This document shows positions 56,201-64,000 of a DNA stretch of 64,000 nt, in pieces. The notes below the pieces were generated by a model. The model saw only the letters and a program-made list of their open reading frames with translations. It was not told the DNA's origin and searched no databases. Source of the stretch: Trypanosoma brucei. Its lineage: Eukaryota. Every line of letters begins with the position of its first letter. Positions within the stretch are counted from its first letter, which is position 1. A program made the translations under genes and the position numbers. The DNA lies in NCBI GenBank assembly GCA_000002445.1, contig CP000071.1, positions 1,344,001 through 1,408,000 on the forward strand, given 5' to 3'.

Positions 56201-59200
56201 TATCTACGGAGGGATTGAGTAAATCGGTGGGTACCCTGGTTCGAAAGGGGCTTTCATTTCACGTAGAGCAATCGGCAGACCAGCTCACGGCCGTCGCCCC
56301 ATAAGTAAGCGACCAGAGTTCGAGAAGCCCCGTCCCCGTTCACTCGGCGCCACTATGCCCTTATTGGCGGGAAAACGCCTGTGCTCCTTTACCGAAAGCC
56401 GGGGTGTGCAGCGGCAGCTGCAGCAGTCACTTTCGAGCTGCGGACTTGGTGAGAAAGGAAGAAAGCGAACTGCACCCAATGCGCGCTAGGATCGCTACGA
56501 ACAAGAGAATGCAAATGGGAGCATGCATCCCAGTAAGGCGAAATTGGGACAACCGGCTTGAAAGGGCACCTGGCCGGTTTGTGCCCACTTAGCCGGAAGA
56601 CGAACCATAATTTAAAATTTGCGCATTGAGAGCTAAAAGAAGGAGGGGAGCACCGACAAAAAACTGTCCAGGGTCAGCCGCAAAACACGCCTACCTTCGA
56701 CAGCCCAACGCAAAATAAACAAGGAAAAAAAAACCGTCTTCGACGGAACGTTGGAAGAGGATCGCCTTCCAGGAAAATTGACGTAAGTAGGGATTCCTCA
56801 AGAGGGCTGGAGAAAGTTCAGCGACGCCACTAGCTACGTAAGGTAGAAAGTGGGATCGTTTATCTACCCTCGACGGATGGGAAAATCAGACCAGTTTGCG
56901 CCGCTTACCACGCCCGCACCCACAGGAGACGGAGGGCCCCCTCCTATGGCCATATTGCCATGTGTTAACCGTGGAAGGGGCGGCGACGTTCTGGCACGGT
57001 GGAACTCCTGTTTCGTATACTGGTGAAGCGTTCCGTGCGAGGAAGCACCCCGCACACGTGTTCACACCGCCAGCAGACGCGTCTGCGCGAACCACCATCT
57101 GTAACGGGGAAAAAATGCAACACCGCCCGCTAGCAGCGTGCCCCACAGTGGTTGGTGGACCTCTGCTCCCGTCTTGAGTGACCACTGAAAAACCATGGAG
57201 GCGGCGTGTCCGCTGGTCCGCCACGATGGGAAAACCACATCACCACGGGCGACAGCGAGGCCGCAACCACCGGCCGCCCGGATACGAGGGAAAAGTTGTC
57301 TACACCGGCACTACGCCGCTGCAGAGGCAATCGCGCCACCGAGTGCGGGGTGGTTCCGTTGAGCGACAGCCCCTATACATCGCCCTTTGGAATTGGAAGC
57401 CTCCCGGCCCCCCCCCCCCCACACACACGCACACGATATCGGCAGGTACTGCGCCAACGCACGAAAGCGCGGACGTTCCGTCTACAAAATGCACCTCGGA
57501 CGCACGACCAACGACAGGAACCCTGGTGGCTGAACTCCGGGGCCTCCTCCATACATAATGCCCCGGGGGGAATCAAAATGACAGCGAGGTGCGGCGGTTG
57601 GAACCGGTTGTACACAAGCGGCCGGAGAGGCCGACATATTCTGATTAATGGAAAACGATGCCTTAAGAAAAGAAGCACAAGCCACCGACAGTGCCACGGT
57701 TCTCCACCTTGTAGACGAAGACGCAGCCGTGGAGCAAGGAGGGAAGGAAGGAAGGCGGAAACGACAGCTGTACACCGAGTAAAAGGAACGCCGTGCAGCC
57801 CCACACTTGAAAGCATAAGGATATTGGAATGGCCGGCTCTCTTGGAGCCTGGCACTCGCGGTGTCGGGAGAGCTCTTTAAAGCAGTATAATCTGATAAGC
57901 CCTGATTTCACAGCGGCATCACAACAAACAAACGAACAGAAGGGGAAAAACAGGCACAACCCTCGAGTAAGCAAAGACTTTTCAGGGAACTACCAAACGG
58001 GTTTCTATAGAAAAATTCAACGAATCCTTGTGACGGTCACGGCACGATCGCAACGATATGCTGGTGCGCTAAACTGGTTTTGGCGAATCCCACTCCCCCT
58101 CATCACTCTCGCGTGGATCCAGTTTTCCTTAGATTTAGGTAACGGCATGTATAAGCAAGGCGTGTGGCGGGTTTGGTTATTAATTATTACTTAGTGCGAG
58201 AGCAGGGATCGGACATGGCTAGTTTTCTTGAAGTCGGCACCCGCTGGGGTGGAGAACAAACAGACTGAGCGAAACGGACGCCACAAGATTAGTCTGCGAT
58301 TAAAACACTTTGCGGAGAAACCGGGGATTAACGGTCCCCTAGCCACTGGTGAACGAGAACCCAAAAAGAAAAAAGATGAAATGATGCAGCATACCACACG
58401 AGGAAAGTGGAAGTGCGGACGAGCCCCCAAGTTCGGCAATGAACTGATTGCGTTTTCCCCTTCATCAAGCAGGAGAAATCCATCACCATCGAGTTAGCTC
58501 CCGTGTAAAGGAGGAACGCAGCGATGCATGGCAGTTAGCCGGACGCCGCAAATGGAAGACAGTGCACCCTGAGGGGCACAGAGATAAATGGGCATTGGAT
58601 ACTCCCAACCCCTAACAGTAGACACTGCCGGGCCCCCCTCCTCTTTCTCGTGCGCGCGCACCGTCGCACATGTGGCAGCACTAACGATTCAGCGGAGCAC
58701 GCAATTCCTGGGGGGCTCAACGCCCCCCCCCTCGCAATCACACACACACGCACACCACCGAAAAAAACACTCCCACGTCCGGAGTGAAATCGCCTGTTGG
58801 GCCTCCGCCACACTCCCGAGCCATTCCAACCTGCAGCGGCTTCGAGACCCGACAACGGCAGTAAATCGTCATAGCAAGCGCTGCAAGGGTGAAATGGTCG
58901 TCAGGAGGATGCCCTCTGACGGCGCCGGCAGCCACGCCACAGTGTCAGAGAACCGTGCTCCGTCCAAAAGGAAGTTGAGAGGCGGTTTCCTGTTCGCGTC
59001 ATCGAAATGGAGAGAGCACTTGACATGTAACAACCAAAACGGCGATACGGAGGATCACTGGGGCTTGGGGGAGGGGGAAGTGCGCTTCCACAGCTGGGAA
59101 CGCATACTCGCCCTCAGTGTTTGCCCACTGTTCTTACTGCCAGATGGTCGAGACAGTGGGGTGACAGCACTATGCGGCCATACTGAAGGGCATGAGGGGA

Positions 59201-59584
59201 AGGAAAGAACTGCTGTTGGGATTATGCTGAGAACAGTGGTAAAAATGGGAGATGAGAGCGAGTTAACGAAAGGAGGGAGCCGTGGCAACTAACACAGTGC
59301 AGGGGAAAACGCATATCACCAGCAATCCCTTCCTTAGCTTTTGCGGGAGCATTTCATACATGCACGTAACGCATGCTTACACAGCGGTTACGGAGCAACA
59401 CCCACATCTTGACGAAGCAACGACAGAAAGAAACTGATCTCACATTCTCCACAAATTACTACCAACTGGGGTTCAAGCGCGCAACAACCCCCTAAAGTTG
59501 GTTTGTATTGCAAATGTCACGCGCGAAAGAAAGAAACAGCGAGAAAACGAGATGGCAATCCGCCAAGCAGCATGCCTGCGCCGC
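53215..59584. other. ~6.4 kb gene-less gap inside the transcription unit. Its core (~55050-59350) is GC-rich, markedly T-poor on the plus strand, and broken into short overlapping ORFs in all six frames. Candidates are a degenerate retroelement (DIRE/ingi-like relic), a decayed pseudogene, or a non-coding RNA locus.
   Basis: No ORF >234 aa in any frame. Predicted peptides are R/P/G-rich with no recognisable domain. Homopolymers: C13 at 57408-57420, G9 at 54298-54306, C-runs at 58726-58735. The plus strand is rich in CCACC/CGACA/GGAAA words. Composition differs sharply from flanking coding and intergenic DNA. No cloverleaf tRNA candidates found by eye. Confidence 0.5.
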
Positions 59585-60232
59585 CTAACAGCACACCGCG
59601 CCGCTTGTGGGGTCACTTGTTTTACTGAGATTAACACCCGAGTAGCGGCTTTCGCTTTTTGACATCATTTTTTCGTACGCTGATCGCGCCACCTCATCAA
59701 AGGCCTGCTCCACCCCCACACGCGTCTTTGCTGACGTAAAAGCGAGGAGCATATGCCGATCCCGCGCCAACTGCTGAGCATCTTCCTTCGGAACCGCCAT
59801 GCCCGTAGCACCACCTCCCACCTCACACTTATCGATCTTATTTCCCACGAGCAAATACACCACCGCCTCCTCCACCCCATCCAAACGACAGAAAGCATCT
59901 GCTTCATCGATCCACTTTCTCAGTGCATGGAACGTCTGTGGTTCATTGACATCGTACACCAACACCACTGCATGCGCTCCCCGGTAGTAGGAGCTGGTGA
60001 GCGTCCGGAACCGCTCTTGACCCGCTGTGTCCCACAAGTGCAGTTTGAGTTTCTTCTGCCTCCCCATCGAATCCACCACACTCACATCCTTTGTCCTGAA
60101 ATCAATACCTATGGTTGAGCGGACGTCGCCATCAAATGTGCCCAACGAGAACGAGAGAAGCAGTGAAGACTTCCCCACGCCACTTTCACCAAGCAATACG
60201 ATCTTGACAGGACTGTTGTCACCTTGCGCCAT
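59585..60232 (-). CDS. RAB18: Rab18-type small GTPase (215 aa) with C-terminal CC prenylation motif.
   Basis: The track ORF begins with TTG at 60352. The first ATG at 60232 gives [48 protein letters not shown]...[29 protein letters not shown]...LVGNKIDK. These stretches are near-identical in pattern to human RAB18 ([71 protein letters not shown]), which was recalled from memory. Confidence 0.7.
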   Translation of the reverse strand: [215 protein letters not shown]

Positions 60233-60851
60233 TACTGCAGTAGAAGAAATATTAAATGCCTTTACGAACCCTTTGGAGTTACTAAACACTGGTACGCATG
60301 TGAGTGATGGACAGAGAGCCCCCCACCACAGATTAGAATGAAGGAAGGACAAAAACAGAAGGGCATGAATATATGATGTTCTCCCCCCATCCCCCTGCGC
60401 GTCGGAACCCGGGTGTTTAAATGAAAGAACGGACGGGGCAAACGAGTATCTCCTCTTCCCCCACCCTTGACCTCAGCAGGAACAAAAACAAAAAATAAGA
60501 ACAAAATGGAAACACCTGATTCAGTAAGAAGGAGCTCTGCGCTCTTCAATTCTGACGAAACATTTTCAAGAAACACCGCGTCAGGAATATTACATCGGTG
60601 CACGAAGTTTCATCATATGATGAAACGCGAGGCAAACAAGAGAGAAGGTAATAAGCACCCATTCCGCCACTTTCAATAATAATAACATGACATGAAAGCA
60701 TGGCCATTTACATCTAAAAAAATTAAAAAGGGAGAAATCAAAGGAAAAGATGAGACGGTGAAAAGAGGCGGGGGCGTGGACAGTCACCGGCCACCTCCTA
60801 TTCACTAAACCTAAAACCTCTCATACAACAATGGCGGTCGAAACACTGAGC

Positions 60852-63800
60852 TTAATGTGTCTTCCTTGAAGATTCAGCAGGCGCGGGCTCACCTGCCAAA
60901 CCATTTTTTCCATCTACCCCGTTCAATTTGGACGTCGATTTGGTACCCCTCACATCGGCTATTCGGCCCCGACGATACTGCGCCGACGGACCGCGAACAA
61001 GGTCGGACAATGGCAAGGGCCGCGTCGGAACCCATGAGGCTCCATTGCTGTTATGAACCACGTCCTGCGTAGCATTATCGCGTGTCTTCTTCAATAAATC
61101 ATGTTCAACAGCGGTGTCAGCCCTGTTTTTCTCAAGAGTGGCGCGAAAGCATCGGAGGTCGCGTTCATATTTCAGCAAAAAAGTTCCGATGGAGTCAAGG
61201 ACGTACCCCTTATATCTACCGGTTTTCAGAGGTTCATCATAGTCCTCTTCCTTCTCCTCATCGGCACTTTCATCACCACCGGCTTCCTCCCCCGCACCTC
61301 CAAGCCCTGCCTCCAAGTCGCTGCCTTCACCAGTGCGCATGGCCTCCTCATGCTGCTCAAACCGCAGCAAGTCCTGTAGCGAGGGGGTCTGATCCCGCTG
61401 CTTCGAAAGCACCTTTCTAGATGCCCTCTGAAGATTTTTTAGATGAACCATAAAATCATCGATCAATTGATGTCGAGCATCATCCTCCTCCTTTTCCAAT
61501 TCTACAAAAACCTTGTGGGACACCTTCTGGACTTTTTGGGTCAAAAAGTCTTTGAGCTCAAACAACGCTTGCAGATCGCTCTTTTCCTCATTGACGATTG
61601 CTAAGCGGCTGTTGTGCTCCACACCGTATATGTCCTCCATGGCATTCTTATGTTCATGTGCCCTTCGATTTAAAAAGCGGTTAGCCAAACGTCTCCGCGC
61701 CCTATAAGCAAATATGACACTTTTGATTAAGGAGGTAGCTTCCTGCTTTTGCACCTCTTTTTTCGCCACTTGCTCATCCTTTTCGCGTTGTTCTTGGGCG
61801 GTTAGTGCATCACGTGCTGAGGTCTCACGTGCACAATTAATGGCTTTCACGGACTTCCGTTCTTCGGCTTCGATGGCATGACGCTTTTCTGTTTCTTTTT
61901 TCGAAAGAGCCACAACACACTCTATTAACCTTAGTGACAACATTTGTGCCTGCCTAAGGTCCTCTATCTCCTCCTTTTCGCCGGCCTCCACCTCACGACG
62001 AGCACCCGGCTCCTCCTCTCCAACCAAACGTTTCACCTTCTCAGCTGCTCTCCTTCTATTTTCCATCGTTTTCTCCTCATCCTCACACGTTAGCATTATG
62101 TGATCCCTGTCGTGTCTCTCGTCCTCTTCATGGAGAGATCGTGAGCGATTTTCTAATACCAGTAGTTCCTCCAATTCAGCATCGAACTCTTCCATACGTC
62201 GACGGCGTAGTGCCAACAATTCATCTCCTTCTGGCCGATCTCCCTTTTCGGCGCTTCCTTCAGCGTCACGCTCCGATGCACATAGAGCGTCCGCTTCACG
62301 GTGGTCAGTGAGACCGCTTATACTACCATCGTTAACGATAGCACCTTCACCTTCTACAACATCAGTAACGCCACCATCGCCTTCGGCGTCCTCAGCATCA
62401 GCCGCACATATTGACCCACTTTTTCCATCATCACAGACACCCCCAGCCACGGCCACCGAGCTTGTCTCGTCTCCAACAACTTCAGCACCAGCAGCCGTCT
62501 TTAAGTTATCGCTCTCTTCACCAACTCCAGCATCAATGGAAGGAGCCAGAGCACCTTCGGAAGCATCATCGTGATCCCCCTTTACTCCAACAGCAGCGTC
62601 GTCAACTACAGTTTCCGCATCACCAACAAGCGCCTCCTCCTCACCGTCTACGGCGGCACCTCCATCGGAGAAAAAGTGTGTTTTCCTTCTTTTCTGGCCT
62701 CTCATTTTGTGCAACTTTCTCCGCGAGCACGCATCGAAGCTCACCACCTCTGTTTCCTTAAAACACTCCATGGCACTTTCGTTGGGCATCAGCATCAAAG
62801 AAGATAAATGTTGATTTTGATCGGCATCCACAATACTCAACCTACTCTTTCGCGGCGACACGTTAAAAGACTTTCTAGAGCCAGTGCCAACCAAATTAGA
62901 AGCTCCCTCGGCAGCATTACCACCGGAAGGCGTCATAAGAATAACAAAAGACATAGCCCTCTTTCTTCCATCACCCCGAGCGTCGCAACAAGAAAGATAT
63001 TCACCACGCCTATTCATTTCCTCCTCCAACTCACGCAGCGCGTCGGCGTTCTTGACGGGATCACGCATCAGTTCGTCATACCGAGCGCACTGCTGTTGGA
63101 AAGCCGGGTCACGAAGCAACATAGTCAAATCATTAAGACCATCAAGAGAAGAAAGGAATGGATACTTCAAAAGCAACGCACACCTAATCGACTCATTAAG
63201 CGCCAGCTCATCAGCACGAGCACGCAACGCCTCCTCCAACTCTGTCAGTCGCTCCGCATTTGCCTCGGCGTCCTCAAGCGCGGAGAGGTGCTCATTAAAC
63301 AATTTCTGATACCCATCATCTTTGGAAAGCGGTATGTCACTGAGGAGCACGCACTTACGATCTTCGTACAAAAGGAAGGGATTGCACGCACGCACATACT
63401 CATTGGCGTCTTCACTCTCCTTCTCAGCCAGTCTTGCAAGACGAGCAAGGTCCTTAACCCGCTGCAACATCTCTTTTTCAATCGCTACTGCGCCTTTGGC
63501 ACCACCAGCAAGTTTTGCCTGTCGAGCACGACGACGACACAGTTGAGAAAACATTGCATCATCATTGATTGGAAGCTCACCAAGAGGAATACCCATTACT
63601 CGTTTCGGAAGGAAGGGATACTGTTTATGGACCGCATCCGTTTTCGTAGCATTCTCCTCGGCCAATTGCGTCACGAGCGCCTTCATTTTCTCCTCCATAG
63701 CAGCAATTGTCTCGGAATTGCCTTCCCAATCGAGGCGTAGCTCGTCCAGCTCATTCGACAGGTCACGGAACTCCTGTTGCTGAGCAGGTCGCACATCTGC

Positions 63801-63965
63801 GAGACACACACCACGCACAGGCTCTTCGGGCAAGAACGGGTAACGCTCACGGAGGTCCTCAGCACGGACTGCGGCACGGAGCCTAGAGGAACGGAGGTCA
63901 CTCACGATTTTGTCAGCAGCGTCACGCAATAATTTCTCCTGCTGAGCCCGGGCCGTCGGATCCAT
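60852..63965 (-). CDS. Large hypothetical protein (>=1037 aa) with four degenerate YPFLP-type repeats in the N-terminal third, an acidic Gly/Asp/Ala/Glu-rich low-complexity middle, a basic IQ-like segment and coiled-coil stretches. It may continue beyond the window edge.
   Basis: ATG at 63965-63963, but the reading frame stays open upstream to position 64000 (...LASRYTQDASN-MDPTAR). Repeats read directly: LRERYPFLPEEP, VHKQYPFLPKRVMGIPLGELP, VRACNPFLLYEDRKCVLLSDIP, LLLKYPFLSSLDGLNDL. IQ-like segment IKSVIFAYRARRRLANRFLNRRAHEHKN. Confidence 0.6.
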   Translation of the reverse strand: MDPTARAQQEKLLRDAADKIVSDLRSSRLRAAVRAEDLRERYPFLPEEPVRGVCLADVRPAQQQEFRDLSNELDELRLDWEGNSETIAAMEEKMKALVTQLAEENATKTDAVHKQYPFLPKRVMGIPLGELPINDDAMFSQLCRRRARQAKLAGGAKGAVAIEKEMLQRVKDLARLARLAEKESEDANEYVRACNPFLLYEDRKCVLLSDIPLSKDDGYQKLFNEHLSALEDAEANAERLTELEEALRARADELALNESIRCALLLKYPFLSSLDGLNDLTMLLRDPAFQQQCARYDELMRDPVKNADALRELEEEMNRRGEYLSCCDARGDGRKRAMSFVILMTPSGGNAAEGASNLVGTGSRKSFNVSPRKSRLSIVDADQNQHLSSLMLMPNESAMECFKETEVVSFDACSRRKLHKMRGQKRRKTHFFSDGGAAVDGEEEALVGDAETVVDDAAVGVKGDHDDASEGALAPSIDAGVGEESDNLKTAAGAEVVGDETSSVAVAGGVCDDGKSGSICAADAEDAEGDGGVTDVVEGEGAIVNDGSISGLTDHREADALCASERDAEGSAEKGDRPEGDELLALRRRRMEEFDAELEELLVLENRSRSLHEEDERHDRDHIMLTCEDEEKTMENRRRAAEKVKRLVGEEEPGARREVEAGEKEEIEDLRQAQMLSLRLIECVVALSKKETEKRHAIEAEERKSVKAINCARETSARDALTAQEQREKDEQVAKKEVQKQEATSLIKSVIFAYRARRRLANRFLNRRAHEHKNAMEDIYGVEHNSRLAIVNEEKSDLQALFELKDFLTQKVQKVSHKVFVELEKEEDDARHQLIDDFMVHLKNLQRASRKVLSKQRDQTPSLQDLLRFEQHEEAMRTGEGSDLEAGLGGAGEEAGGDESADEEKEEDYDEPLKTGRYKGYVLDSIGTFLLKYERDLRCFRATLEKNRADTAVEHDLLKKTRDNATQDVVHNSNGASWVPTRPLPLSDLVRGPSAQYRRGRIADVRGTKSTSKLNGVDGKNGLAGEPAPAESSRKTH

Positions 63966-64000
63966 ATTAGATGCATCCTGCGTGTAGCGAGATGCTAGCT

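Noticed and set aside
56225-56250. tRNA-like B-box candidate (ggttcgaaagg) and hairpin at 56838-56866 inside the GC-rich block.
   Set aside because: No acceptor/anticodon stems or A-box at correct spacing could be built by eye. The hairpin is a simple 6-bp inverted repeat. Left for tRNAscan/Infernal to decide.
57206-57880. 224-aa and 181-aa plus-strand ORFs (55759-56304, 57206-57880) and the 234-aa ORF (58588-59292) inside the GC-rich block as possible retroelement proteins.
   Set aside because: No RT (xxDD), endonuclease or zinc-knuckle motifs were recognisable. Products are Arg/Pro/Gly-rich as expected from GC-rich non-coding DNA. Overlapping ORFs occur in all six frames. Retained only as part of the block-level hypothesis.

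Overview
The window looks like a trypanosomatid nuclear chromosome segment, most likely Trypanosoma brucei. It has moderate GC, short (GT)n/(CA)n/(TA)n microsatellites, low-complexity pyrimidine/purine intergenic tracts and no introns. Every credible gene lies on the minus strand, so the whole 64 kb appears to be one polycistronic transcription unit read right to left, with no strand-switch region.

About 25 genes are recognisable:
- An ataxin-2/PBP1-like protein (LSm + LsmAD).
- Three Rab GTPases: two tandem paralogues, and one with strong similarity to human RAB18.
- A RIB43A-like protein and a TPH-like coiled-coil protein, both candidate axonemal components.
- An N-myristoylated MGRN1-like RING E3.
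- A type-I membrane protein with a PSI domain and a RING finger.
- A small protein with three RanBP2 zinc fingers.
- An ataxin-10-domain protein.
- Several large hypothetical proteins.

The dominant structure is a head-to-tail tandem array of amino-acid transporter (AAAP/Aa_trans family) genes. It has five complete copies with a 2982-2997 bp period, plus a 117-bp 3' fragment of a sixth copy cut off at an abrupt breakpoint. The copies form an A-B-chimera-B-A mosaic, consistent with concerted evolution by gene conversion. A clustered 9-codon hypervariable patch distinguishes the variants. A microsatellite length change fuses an upstream ORF in frame with copy 1.

Between the array and the RAB18 gene lies a ~6.4 kb ORF-free gap (53215-59584). 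Its GC-rich, T-poor (on +) core (~55.0-59.3 kb) is the most anomalous segment; the best guess is a degenerate retroelement or pseudogene relic.

The ORF track translates GTG/TTG/CTG as M. Several listed N-terminal extensions are therefore spurious, and starts were reassigned to the first in-frame ATG. From memory, the gene order resembles T. brucei chromosome 8 (PBP1 ... RABX1/RABX2 ... AAT5-type array ... RAB18). This placement is unverified. Product calls come from motif recognition only, as no searches could be run.
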